40,000 nucleotides of DNA from Escherichia coli (GTDB lineage: Bacteria > Pseudomonadota > Gammaproteobacteria > Enterobacterales > Enterobacteriaceae): assembly GCF_037269235.1 (NCBI RefSeq), contig NZ_CP147535.1, one strand, 5' to 3'. The notes beneath the pieces are model-generated. The model was not told where the DNA came from. It saw only the letters and a list, made by a program, of their open reading frames with translations, and did no database searches. The position numbers were made by a program, and so were the translations under genes. Positions 1-10,019 of the stretch are shown in pieces (within the stretch, counting starts at the first letter, position 1; each line of letters starts with the position of its first letter).

Positions 1-309
1 TTCGCCGTGAGCGATTTGTGATTTGCCTTCGTCGAGATCTTGCTGTGCAAGGCCGAGCAGGTTAAGCGCGGAAGCATAAGAGAAGCGGGTACGGGTGGAG
101 TTGTCGCGGAATACGGAAATACCTAATCCACTATTAAAGACTTTGGTTGAGATGTTTTCAGCACGCAGTGCTTTTAATGCTGCGGCAACGTCCAGTACTT
201 GTTTCAGTTCATCTGGCGTCTGTTCCCACGTTAACAAAAAATCTTTCTCGTGAAGGTGAGAGGTCAGCGAATTGATATCCTTAATCAGCTCATTAACAGT
301 TTTCATCAT
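1..309 (-). CDS. ygeW: YgeW, knotted carbamoyltransferase-family protein (5' part only, truncated by window edge)
   Basis: Reverse strand reads MMKTVNELIKDINSLTSHLHEKDFLLTWEQTPDELKQVLDVAAALKALRAENISTKVFNSGLGISVFRDNSTRTRFSYASALNLLG..., with the carbamoyltransferase STRTR-type carbamoyl-phosphate motif; located beside ygeV. Confidence 0.9.
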   Translation of the reverse strand, partial: MMKTVNELIKDINSLTSHLHEKDFLLTWEQTPDELKQVLDVAAALKALRAENISTKVFNSGLGISVFRDNSTRTRFSYASALNLLGLAQQDLDEGKSQIAHGE

Positions 310-400
310 AAAGTCCCGGTAGTGGAATGACAGGCAAAGTGGTTTATTTCACTGTGACTTGCCAAAGTGATTGGTGTTTTCACAGCTATACCTAGGACTA

Positions 401-416
401 ACAATAAGTGTGCCAG
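401..416 (-). promoter_or_regulatory. Candidate sigma-54 promoter (-24/-12) for ygeW
   Basis: Reverse strand TGGCAC-ACTTA-TTGTT matches TGGCAC-N5-TTGCW except GT instead of GC at -12; about 90 nt upstream of the ygeW start and divergent from the sigma-54 activator gene ygeV. Confidence 0.4.
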
Positions 417-784
417 AATTATCCACGCGGCTGCGAAAGGCTAATTTGACGGATAATGTGTGGGGTTGATCACAAATTGATGCCAGCTTCCGGTTGTTTG
501 TAAAATACGAAAACGTTTGGCTTTTTTTATCGCGTTATTTATTTGCTGCTAAGTATCAGAAATAAGATAAAGGGACAGGCGATCTCTCTTCAGTTTGATA
601 AACTCACCGCCGTAATTCTCATATTGATATAGAAATGTGATATCTCTTCCATAATTTCATTAGAAAGTGATAAAAATCTTATGTTTTTATCAAAGCCAAT
701 TTCGCCTGAGTTAATATCATCATGATCTATGAACCATCAACGTCTTCAATGATCGACTTTTAAGTAAGTCTGGAAGGTAAAGCT

Positions 785-2563
785 ATGGAGCTTGCTACTA
801 CGCAGTCAGTATTGATGCAAATTCAACCGACAATTCAGCGTTTTGCCAGAATGCTTGCCAGCGTTTTGCAGCTTGAGGTTGAGATCGTTGATGAAAACTT
901 GTGTCGCGTCGCCGGAACGGGCGCGTATGGGAAGTTTCTTGGTCGCCAGTTGAGCGGCAACTCACGCCTGCTCCGCCACGTCCTGGAAACGAAAACTGAA
1001 AAAGTTGTGACACAGTCTCGCTTCGATCCCCTTTGTGAAGGTTGCGATAGTAAAGAAAATTGCCGCGAAAAAGCATTTCTGGGTACGCCTGTCATTTTAC
1101 AGGATCGTTGTGTTGGAGTGATAAGTTTGATTGCCGTTACCCACGAGCAACAAGAGCATATTAGTGATAATTTACGCGAATTTTCTGATTACGTTCGCCA
1201 TATATCCACCATTTTTGTTTCTAAACTTCTGGAGGATCAGGGACCAGGAGATAACATCAGTAAAATATTCGCGACCATGATCGATAATATGGATCAGGGC
1301 GTGTTAGTGGTTGATGCTGATAATCGTGTTCAATTTGTTAATCAGACAGCTTTAAAAACACTCGGTGTTGTACAAAATAATATTATTGGAAAACCAGTTC
1401 GTTTCAGACCATTAACATTTGAGAGTAATTTTACCCATGGTCATATGCAACATATTGTTTCGTGGGATGATAAAAGTGAATTAATCATTGGTCAGTTGCA
1501 TAACATCCAGGGCCGACAACTATTTTTAATGGCGTTTCACCAATCGCATACCAGTTTTTCTGTAGCAAATGCACCTGATGAACCGCATATTGAACAATTG
1601 GTTGGCGAGTGCCGTGTTATGCGGCAATTAAAACGACTCATTAGCCGTATTGCACCCAGCCCATCCAGCGTTATGGTGGTTGGTGAAAGCGGCACAGGTA
1701 AAGAAGTCGTCGCCCGTGCAATCCATAAGTTGAGCGGAAGACGGAATAAACCCTTTATTGCTATCAACTGTGCCGCGATTCCGGAACAGCTTCTGGAGAG
1801 CGAACTGTTCGGTTATGTTAAAGGCGCATTTACTGGCGCTTCTGCCAACGGTAAAACAGGGTTGATTCAGGCGGCGAATACGGGCACGCTGTTTCTCGAT
1901 GAAATTGGTGATATGCCATTAATGTTGCAGGCTAAATTACTGCGCGCTATTGAGGCGCGTGAAATTCTGCCGATTGGTGCCAGTAGCCCAATACAAGTCG
2001 ACATCCGCATCATTTCTGCAACTAATCAGAATTTGGCCCAGTTCATTGCCGAAGGTAAATTCCGCGAAGATCTCTTCTACCGACTTAATGTTATCCCGAT
2101 AACTCTGCCACCGCTGCGTGAACGTCAGGAAGATATTGAATTACTGGTGCATTACTTTTTACATCTGCATACCCGTCGTCTGGGATCGGTTTATCCTGGC
2201 ATTGCTCCTGATGTCGTCGAAATATTGCGTAAGCATCGTTGGCCCGGAAACCTGCGCGAGTTAAGCAATTTGATGGAATATCTGGTTAACGTGGTTCCTT
2301 CAGGTGAAGTTATCGACAGCACGCTATTGCCACCAAATCTGCTGAATAATGGCACAACGGAGCAAAGTGATGTAACAGAGGTCAGTGAGGCGCACCTGTC
2401 ACTCGATGATGCGGGCGGCACGGCGCTGGAGGAGATGGAAAAGCAAATGATCCGCGAGGCGCTTTCACGTCATAACAGCAAGAAGGAAGTTGCTGATGAA
2501 CTGGGCATCGGCATTGCTACGCTCTATCGCAAGATTAAGAAATATGAGTTGTTAAACACATAA
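785..2563 (+). CDS. ygeV: YgeV, sigma-54-dependent transcriptional activator (PAS + AAA+ + Fis-type HTH)
   Basis: 592 aa ORF; Walker A GESGTGKE, GAFTGA motif, C-terminal HTH (IREALSRHNSKKEVADELGIGIATLYRKIKKY). Confidence 0.95.
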   Translation: MELATTQSVLMQIQPTIQRFARMLASVLQLEVEIVDENLCRVAGTGAYGKFLGRQLSGNSRLLRHVLETKTEKVVTQSRFDPLCEGCDSKENCREKAFLGTPVILQDRCVGVISLIAVTHEQQEHISDNLREFSDYVRHISTIFVSKLLEDQGPGDNISKIFATMIDNMDQGVLVVDADNRVQFVNQTALKTLGVVQNNIIGKPVRFRPLTFESNFTHGHMQHIVSWDDKSELIIGQLHNIQGRQLFLMAFHQSHTSFSVANAPDEPHIEQLVGECRVMRQLKRLISRIAPSPSSVMVVGESGTGKEVVARAIHKLSGRRNKPFIAINCAAIPEQLLESELFGYVKGAFTGASANGKTGLIQAANTGTLFLDEIGDMPLMLQAKLLRAIEAREILPIGASSPIQVDIRIISATNQNLAQFIAEGKFREDLFYRLNVIPITLPPLRERQEDIELLVHYFLHLHTRRLGSVYPGIAPDVVEILRKHRWPGNLRELSNLMEYLVNVVPSGEVIDSTLLPPNLLNNGTTEQSDVTEVSEAHLSLDDAGGTALEEMEKQMIREALSRHNSKKEVADELGIGIATLYRKIKKYELLNT

Positions 2564-2572
2564 CCTCAGTGA

Positions 2573-2596
2573 ATCCGGCCTGAATTCAGGCCGGAT
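2573..2596 (+). terminator. Intrinsic terminator after ygeV (possibly shared with convergent xdhC)
   Basis: ATCCGGCCTG-AATT-CAGGCCGGAT, 10-bp perfect stem followed by ATCCTTTT, between the ygeV stop and the xdhC 3' end. Confidence 0.8.
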
Positions 2597-2602
2597 ATCC
2601 TT

Positions 2603-3082
2603 TTACTTCGTTTTCTCGCAATCCAGAACTGTATTTACAATCATCTGATACCCCGTGCAGCGACAAAGATTTCCCGCCAGTCCGCGACGAATTTCCGTAA
2701 TGGTTAATGGCTTCTCGCGTGGTTTCGCCAGCATTGCCGTGGTAGCCATAATCAGGCCAGGCGTACAAAACCCGCACTGCACTGCGCCGGATTTCGCATA
2801 AGCCTGCTGAACATGAGAAAGTTTTCCGCCTTTCGCTTCACCTTCCAGCGTGCGGATCTCTTTTCCTTCAGCCCAGGCGGCAAGGTATAAGCAACTGTCT
2901 ATTGCTGTGCCGTCGACCAGCACCGTACAGGCACCACATTCACCCACGCAGCACCCTTGTTTGACACTTAGCAGTCCTTGTTCGCGGAGTAATTCCGAGA
3001 GCGGCGTGCCTGGTGCGGCGTGAAGCTGAAAAGGCATCCCGTTAATGGTGCATTCGATGGTAATTGTTTCGCTGTGATTCAT
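2603..3082 (-). CDS. xdhC: XdhC, putative xanthine dehydrogenase 2Fe-2S subunit
   Basis: 159 aa; two 2Fe-2S motifs ([15 protein letters not shown]..., CGFCTPG...CRCTGYQ). Confidence 0.95.
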
Positions 3083-3957
3083 TGCAATTTTCCCCCCGCC
3101 GCGGCGACGGCTTCGCTAATCACTTTTTTGGTCATCGTCTGGATGAGATACAGACGAAACTCTTTACTGGCCCGCCATGAAGAACGCGGGGCGACATCTT
3201 GCAGGACAGATTCGCTGATAGCTTCCAGCGTTTGCAGGTTTAATGGCGCATTTTGTGCAGTCTGTTCGGCATGTTGGCAGCGAATCGGCGTTGGCGCGGC
3301 AACACCAAATGCCAGGCGTAATTCGCTGAAATTGCCGTTATCCAGTCGGCAATGTGCGGCACAGCCAATCGTTGAAATATCCATTGCGTCGCGCATGGCA
3401 TATTTAAAATGCGCGCTGCCCGCGTGTTCTTTCGGCTGGGGCGGAAAATGAAAGGCGACAAGGATTTCGTCATGCTCAAGAGACACTTTGCCCGGCCCAG
3501 TGTGAAAGCCATTAATCGGGACGAAACGAACACCGCGTGGGGAGTGGATCTCCAGCTTTGCGTCATAAATTAGCGTTGGCGTGGCAGAATCTGCGCTGGT
3601 GGCACCGTTGCAAATATTTCCACCGTAGGTAGCGACGTTACGGATCTGCGGTCCGGCAATGGATGAGGCCGCAGCACATAACGCCGGGAGATGACGTTGA
3701 GTTACAGGATCTTCAATGAGCTGGGTAAATGTCGTTGCAGAGCCGATACGTAGTGAGCCATCTTCCGCCAGCGTAATTCCCCGCAGCTCCGCCAGATTAT
3801 GAATATCAACAATATGGCGATAACGGTCATTGTGATGGTGGAGCTGAATCAGTACGTCAGTGCCACCGGCGAGCAGTTTGGCCTGCGGGTTGTCAGCCAG
3901 CAGGTTGATGGCATCGGCAAGGGTTGCTGCGCGATGGTAAGAAGCAAAATCAAACAT
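3079..3957 (-). CDS. xdhB: XdhB, putative xanthine dehydrogenase FAD-binding subunit
   Basis: 292 aa; FAD-binding signature ([25 protein letters not shown]); overlaps xdhC by the 4-nt start/stop arrangement. Confidence 0.95.
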
Positions 3958-3967
3958 GATGTTATCC

Positions 3968-6226
3968 TCAAATCAATCCTGCCAGATGGAACTCTTCATA
4001 TAACCGTTTTGGCGTCAGCGGCAGTGTATTGATTGCAACACCGGTAGCCATCTTCACCGCGTTACGAATAGCAGCGGCAACAGGAATTATTGGTGGCTCA
4101 CCCAGTGACTTATGTCCGTATGCGGATTGCGGCTCATTGATTTCGACGAACGCGCTTTCCAGTTGTGGCAGATCCGGCATGGTCGGCATTTTGTAATCCA
4201 GCAGATTGGGGTTACGGACCACGCCGCTTTTCGCATCGATGATCATCTCTTCAAATAGCGCCCAGCCAATGCCCATTCCCATTCCGCCGTGTACCTGACC
4301 TTCTGCCAGCAGCGGATTTAGAATATGCCCCGAATCATGAACGTTGAGGATGCGGTTGATGGTGACTTTACACAGCGCAATATCGACCGTCAGATCAACA
4401 AAGGTACAGCCAAACGCCGGTGGGTTAGTGGTGGTTTTGATGGAGCTTTCAGCAGAGAGCTGCCCACCGCGTTCAGGGTGGTAGAAAGCGTCCATCGCCA
4501 AATCTTTTAACGACATTAACGGCCCTTCCGGTCGTTCAACCAGCACGATATGGCCTTTTATCAGGGTCAGATTCATCGCTGACTGATGTAGCATGACTGC
4601 GGCGTGAGCGATGATTTTCTCTTTTAATAACAGTGCCGCACTGCGCAGCGCAGGCGCGGCAACATAGCTCTGGCGTGAGGCAAATGCGCCGGGATCGAAC
4701 GGCGTAACATCGGTATCTTGTGTTGAAATAACGCGAACGTCGCTGACCGGAACCCCCACGGTTTCTGCCACCATTTGCGAGAAGACGGTGTCGGCACCCT
4801 GACCGATTTCCGTCGCGCCGCTTTGCACGTTGATGGTTCCATCCTGATTCATCAACAGGCGCGCGCCTGCTATTTCTACGCCGACAGGCCAGGTGTTCGA
4901 GGTGTAGCTAAAACAGGCGACGCCAACGCCGCGGCGTAAATTGCCTTTCTGGTTCTGGCACTCTGCACGGCGTTTTTCCCATTCAAAGATTTTCCGGCCT
5001 TTTTCAAGACACTCCGGCAACCCTGCGCTGTAAATACGTTTGCCCGTGAGCGGATTAGCATCTCCTTCGCGGGCGGCGTTGCGTAAACGAATTTCAACAG
5101 GATCAATACCTAACGCTGTCGCGGCGTCATCAAGCATAGACTCAACGGCAAATACGACTTGTGGCGCGCCATAACCACGCATCGCACCAGCCGAGGGGAG
5201 GTTGGTATAGCAGGTCTTTGAACTGTAAGCGTAGGCACAACGAGGATAAAGGTAAGCGACTTTATTCCCCCCTGCAGAAGCGATGGAGTGCCCGTGAGAT
5301 GCATAAGCGCCGGTGTTAGACAGAACATCCAGACTATAACCTTTCAATGTTCCGTCGCGGTTCACGCCCATTTGCCCGTCAATAGTAAAAGCGTGGCGGG
5401 TACGGGTTGCGAGGAAACACTCTTCACGGCTAAGGGAAACTTTCACCGGAATGCCGCCAAGCTTGCTGGTCAGGAATGCCGCCATTGGCTCTTCCAGTAC
5501 ATCCTGTTTATTACCAAAACCGCCACCGACAAACGGTTTGATGACTCGTACGCATGACCAGGGAATATCCAGCGCCTGACCAACCACGCGGCGAACAATG
5601 TGCGGGATCTGGGTGCTGGAAACGATGGTAATTCGCGAGTCATCCTCCATCCATGCCAGCGATGTCACGCTTTCCATGTGACAATGTTGAATAACGGGAG
5701 TCTGATAGTGCCCCTGAACCTGGTAGTCGGCGGCATCGATTGTTTGTTGGACATTGCCCGTCGACATCGTGCTTTGTTTTAGTAAATTGCCGCCGTTATG
5801 GATTGGTTCAGCGTCATCAGCCAGCGCCGCTTCTGGGGTGGTGATAACGGGTAATTCTTGCCACTCAATGCTGACCAATTGCGCCGCTTTTTCTGCCGTG
5901 AGTTCATCACGGGCCACGACGATGGCAACGGCGTCACCATGGTGACGAACATGGCGAGTTAGCAGTGCGCGATCGGCGGTATCGCGCTTGTTTTCGTCAA
6001 GTGTCCAGGCATGCCCAGCTGTAGCGAATGGGATATCAGGCACATCTTCCCAGGTAAAAATCGCCAGTACGCCCGGTAAACTTCTGGCTTGTTCATCATT
6101 AATACTTACGGCATAACCATGTGCGATAGGGCTACGTACATATTTCGCGTAACACATGCCCGCCATAACATAATCGTCAGTATATCGTGCCCGCCCGGTG
6201 ACCTTAGCAATGGCATCTACGCGCAT
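3968..6226 (-). CDS. xdhA: XdhA, putative xanthine dehydrogenase molybdenum-binding subunit
   Basis: Large subunit ORF; start chosen at MRVDAIAKVTGRARYTDDYV (752 aa); contains PFVGGGFGNKQD and GAMRGYGAPQ molybdopterin-domain motifs. The ORF track extends upstream to 6265. Confidence 0.93.
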   Translation of the reverse strand: MRVDAIAKVTGRARYTDDYVMAGMCYAKYVRSPIAHGYAVSINDEQARSLPGVLAIFTWEDVPDIPFATAGHAWTLDENKRDTADRALLTRHVRHHGDAVAIVVARDELTAEKAAQLVSIEWQELPVITTPEAALADDAEPIHNGGNLLKQSTMSTGNVQQTIDAADYQVQGHYQTPVIQHCHMESVTSLAWMEDDSRITIVSSTQIPHIVRRVVGQALDIPWSCVRVIKPFVGGGFGNKQDVLEEPMAAFLTSKLGGIPVKVSLSREECFLATRTRHAFTIDGQMGVNRDGTLKGYSLDVLSNTGAYASHGHSIASAGGNKVAYLYPRCAYAYSSKTCYTNLPSAGAMRGYGAPQVVFAVESMLDDAATALGIDPVEIRLRNAAREGDANPLTGKRIYSAGLPECLEKGRKIFEWEKRRAECQNQKGNLRRGVGVACFSYTSNTWPVGVEIAGARLLMNQDGTINVQSGATEIGQGADTVFSQMVAETVGVPVSDVRVISTQDTDVTPFDPGAFASRQSYVAAPALRSAALLLKEKIIAHAAVMLHQSAMNLTLIKGHIVLVERPEGPLMSLKDLAMDAFYHPERGGQLSAESSIKTTTNPPAFGCTFVDLTVDIALCKVTINRILNVHDSGHILNPLLAEGQVHGGMGMGIGWALFEEMIIDAKSGVVRNPNLLDYKMPTMPDLPQLESAFVEINEPQSAYGHKSLGEPPIIPVAAAIRNAVKMATGVAINTLPLTPKRLYEEFHLAGLI

Positions 6227-6680
6227 GCATGATTCACCTGTAGCGGTTGCTTCCCGCGCTTCCATAGAAATCCCCTCGATTTGAACATTTGGTTCTTATG
6301 GCAAAGATTTAGTCTAAGCAGGCAAGATTTACGCCAGAAACGACGATAAGCGTTAAGGGAGGAAGGAAGTGTGATGATGTTAAAAAAACACAGATATGAT
6401 ACGAAACAGGACCCTGAATAGGGGCAGTGATACGTATCAATATGAGTGGCGATAAAATCAATGTGATAAATTGGGATTATTACGCATCAGGATGGGAAAT
6501 AGGGTAAATGAGTCAGGAAATTCGATACATCTACAGTGAATATTTTGCTGATGATACTTCCCTTTGCCAAATGAAATTAACCTCTTTCTCTATTACCGCG
6601 TTTTTCCAGAAGCAAGAGATTGGGTATCAAGAGGCTGGCTGCTATGATATGGCGTCTTGTTTTTTAAGCGAGGAAAGATT

Positions 6681-7433
6681 TTGAGTGCGGGACGCCTGAA
6701 TAAAAAATCTCTGGGTATCGTGATGTTGTTATCGGTTGGACTGCTTTTGGCGGGCTGCTCGGGTAGCAAATCATCCGATACAGGAACGTATTCCGGCTCC
6801 GTTTACACCGTGAAACGGGGGGATACGCTATATCGTATTTCGCGCACCACGGGAACCAGCGTAAAAGAGCTGGCGCGACTGAACGGCATTTCCCCCCCTT
6901 ACACCATTGAAGTTGGTCAGAAACTAAAACTGGGTGGGGCGAAAAGTAGCAGTACACGTAAATCAACCGCCAAATCAACGACCAAAACCGCATCGGTTAC
7001 ACCGTCATCAGCGGTACCGAAATCTTCCTGGCCGCCAGTAGGGCAACGTTGTTGGTTATGGCCAACGACAGGGAAAGTTATCATGCCGTATTCGACAGCA
7101 GATGGCGGCAATAAAGGGATTGATATCTCAGCTCCACGAGGTACACCTATTTACGCCGCGGGTGCAGGAAAGGTGGTGTATGTGGGCAACCAGCTGCGTG
7201 GCTACGGTAATCTCATCATGATTAAACACAGTGAAGATTACATTACGGCTTACGCCCATAATGACACGATGCTGGTAAATAATGGGCAAAGCGTGAAGGC
7301 TGGGCAAAAAATCGCCACTATGGGGAGCACTGATGCGGCATCTGTTCGCCTACATTTCCAGATTCGTTACCGTGCAACGGCAATTGATCCGCTACGTTAC
7401 TTGCCGCCTCAGGGCAGCAAGCCAAAATGCTGA
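6681..7433 (+). CDS. ygeR: YgeR/ActS, LysM + LytM (M23-fold) lipoprotein, amidase activator family
   Basis: Lipobox LLLAGC; LysM YTVKRGDTLYRISRTTG...; M23-like domain with degenerate metal ligands (NKGIDI, RLHFQIR). Start is uncertain by a few codons within 6657-6684. Confidence 0.92.
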   Translation: MSAGRLNKKSLGIVMLLSVGLLLAGCSGSKSSDTGTYSGSVYTVKRGDTLYRISRTTGTSVKELARLNGISPPYTIEVGQKLKLGGAKSSSTRKSTAKSTTKTASVTPSSAVPKSSWPPVGQRCWLWPTTGKVIMPYSTADGGNKGIDISAPRGTPIYAAGAGKVVYVGNQLRGYGNLIMIKHSEDYITAYAHNDTMLVNNGQSVKAGQKIATMGSTDAASVRLHFQIRYRATAIDPLRYLPPQGSKPKC

Positions 7434-7511
7434 TGGCGAATTAATCAGCAGTCAGCAGCGCGGCACTTGCTAAGGAGAGCGTAAGGTTTATAATGCCTTA
7501 CGCATCTCGAA

Positions 7512-7585
7512 GCGGGCGTAGTTCAATGGTAGAACGAGAGCTTCCCAAGCTCTATACGAGGGTTCGATTCCCTTCGCCCGCTCCA
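7512..7585 (+). tRNA. glyU: tRNA-Gly (anticodon CCC)
   Basis: GCGGGCGTAGTTCAATGGTAGAACGAGAGCTTCCCAAGCTCTATACGAGGGTTCGATTCCCTTCGCCCGCTCCA folds as a cloverleaf with CCC anticodon, GTTCGATTC T-loop and encoded CCA. Confidence 0.98.
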
Positions 7586-7818
7586 ATTTATCTTCACCTC
7601 ATCAATCTGCCATTTTTGCTGTATCTGATTTTCTATATTATCTTAATTCAATTGCTTCAGACTTTTCGCAATCGCTGTAACACTTCCCCATTTTTTTGTA
7701 AATAAAAAGCGTTTACGCAATGCAATCCTTTTGTAACAACCCAGGTAAAATACCTTATTTTCAAGTTGTTAAATAAGTGGTTATCTACGCTTTTAACAAA
7801 CGATTGATGGAATCTTTT

Positions 7819-9428
7819 ATGAAAGGGAAATCTACATTAACTCTTCTGCTCGCTGGTATATTTTCGTGCGGCACATGCCAGGCGACAGGGGCAGAAGTGA
7901 CGAGTGAATCTGTATTTAACATTCTTAATTCCACGGGGCAGCAACTGATAAAAGTTATTTATCGTTAAATCCAGATAAGTATCCTAATTATCGTCTTCTG
8001 ATTCACTCAGCCAAATTAAAAAATGAAATAAAGAGCCACTATACCAAAGACGAAATTCAAGGATTGTTAACATTAACAGAAAATACACGAAAGTTAACGT
8101 TGACGGAGAAACCCTGGGGAACATTTATTCTTGCTTCTACTTTCGAAGATGACAAAACAGCGGCAGAAACCCACTATGATGCTGTCTGGCTGAGGGATAG
8201 TTTATGGGGCTATATGGCATTAGTATCAGATCAGGGAAATAGTGTAGCAGCAAAAAAGGTTCTGCTCACTCTGTGGGATTATATGTCTACGCCCGACCAG
8301 ATTAAGCGGATGCAGGACGTCATTAGCAACCCAAAACGACTGGATGGTATTCCTGGGCAAATGAATGCTGTACATATCCGATTTGACAGCAACTCCCCCG
8401 TGATGGCAGATGTGCAGGAAGAAGGCAAGCCGCAGCTGTGGAACCATAAACAAAATGATGCGTTAGGTCTTTATCTTGATCTCCTTATACAAGCAATCGA
8501 CACTGGTACTATTAACGCTGAAGATTGGCAAAAAGGTGACCGATTAAAATCGGTTGCGCTGCTGATTGCTTATCTGGATAAAGCCAATTTCTATATTATG
8601 GAAGATTCCGGAGCGTGGGAAGAAGATGCCCGATTAAACACATCTTCCGTTGCACTGGTGACCTCTGGACTGGAACGTTTGTCAAACCTACTCTCGAAGA
8701 AAGACTCTGTTTTTGTCTCTGATTTACTACGCGAAGCTAAAGCCAATGAACTGGATGCAACTTTTTCAACAACGAGGTTGAACCACCTCATAGATAAAGG
8801 TTATGAAAGAATAACGTTACAGCTTGATTTAGGGGGAGAATCCCCAGGTTATCTGGAAAAAGATAAACATTACAGAGAAGCCGATGCGGCTTTACTTAAT
8901 GTTATTTATCCTGCAAATCTTTCAAAGATAAATACCAGAAGAAAAGAGCAAGTTCTAAAAATAGTTAAAAAACTAGCAGGTCCGTATGGTATAAAAAGAT
9001 ACGAGAAGGATAATTATCAGTCGGCAAATTTTTGGTTCAATGATATTAAAACCGATACCGATCAAAATTCACATGCGAAAAGAGAAATGAGCTTCATTCC
9101 ATCAACAGAAGCAGAATGGTTTTTTGACTCATGGTATGCAAAATCAGCAGCAATTGTTTATAAAGAATCAAGAAAAGAAGAGTATTTGAATGACTCTGTG
9201 CAATTTATGAATAGATCATTGGCCCAAATAACAGGCGAGAATATGATTGGTGCAAATGGCAGGAGTGTACCTGAAATGGCACTTCCCGAAAGCTATAACT
9301 ATATCCACAAGTCGGGAACTTTGCATGAAGCGCCAAGCCCTATCATTCCGCTAAATTGGTCGAAAGCTTCAATGACTCTCATGTTGAAAGAGATGTCCAA
9401 CCTTATCAATGATGAGGGAAATAAATAG
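7819..9428 (+). pseudogene. Signal-peptide-bearing GH15/phosphorylase-kinase-like glycan-active protein, split by an apparent 1-nt frameshift near 7950-7953
   Basis: Frame 1 from 7819: MKGKSTLTLLLAGIFSCGTCQATGAEVTSESVFNILNSTGQQLIK then VIYR*. The frame of the main ORF (8064-9428) is open from 7929 and encodes ...SLNPDKYPNYRLLIHSAKLKNEIKSHYTKDEIQGLLTLTEN immediately before the listed start. Adding one A to the AAAA at 7950-7953 fuses both. Main ORF has ETHYDAVWLRDSLWGYMAL. Position next to glyU suggests correspondence to K-12 ygeQ. Confidence 0.6.
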
Positions 9429-9494
9429 TTTTCATAATGAGGCGGTCCTGGATTAAAAGGACCGCTCAAAGAGAAATCGAAAGGGGAGGTAAAA

Positions 9495-9674
9495 GTGATC
9501 AATAAATTACTGTTAGCTTACCTGATAGGTCTGGTTGTGACATCGACCTTAATATTTATCTTCTCGGAAGAAAAAGTAACATATCGGTTGTTTGCTGCAG
9601 CAATTACAGGGTTGACCTGGCCGCTTAGCCTCATTCCATCCATCATAAGTCTCATGATTCGTAAATCCGACTAG
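9495..9674 (+). CDS. 59-aa small membrane protein, two predicted TM segments (not in supplied ORF track)
   Basis: GTG start preceded by strong AGGGGAGGT Shine-Dalgarno at 9482-9490; VINKLLLAYLIGLVVTSTLIFIFSEEKVTYRLFAAAITGLTWPLSLIPSIISLMIRKSD*. Confidence 0.65.
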   Translation: MINKLLLAYLIGLVVTSTLIFIFSEEKVTYRLFAAAITGLTWPLSLIPSIISLMIRKSD

Positions 9675-10019
9675 CAAGAAAATTATATGATCGATTAAGA
9701 AAAATAGAATCGAACAAGAGAATAAAATATATGCGGGGAGTAACAAAACACTCGCAGTGCGTTAATGAAGAACTAACAAATATGATTTGTATTGAAAATA
9801 GTTATCAAACAAGTGTTATAAGAAATACGGGGTATGTTTAAGTAAAACATATCAACAGTTGCAATTCTGTATATGGACAGGATGACTTACTACTGTAAGT
9901 AGTTGATAGCTATTCGCTCATAACAAAATCATTATTTTATAAATAGGAATCATCACTTTTTAATCATGTTTTTATAGCAAGTTTATGGAGAATGAGAATA
10001 TGGAATAAGGAGATGAAAC

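Noticed and set aside
3020-5945. ORFs on + strand inside the xdh operon (3020-3451, 3799-4032, 4325-4510, 5288-5557, 5600-5782, 5754-5945)
   Set aside because: They lie antisense to strongly conserved xdhB/xdhA coding sequence, with no SD or domain signal; typical shadow ORFs.
7563-7585. Search for a direct repeat of the glyU 3' end at the right edge of the island (36.3-36.8 kb) to define att sites
   Set aside because: By eye I find no matching copy of TTCGATTCCCTTCGCCCGCTCCA there; tRNA-site integration by an integrase cannot be supported from this window and no integrase gene is present.
9549-9746. Minus-strand 65-aa ORF at 9549-9746
   Set aside because: Overlaps the better-supported plus-strand 59-aa ORF (strong SD, GTG start, coherent TM pattern).
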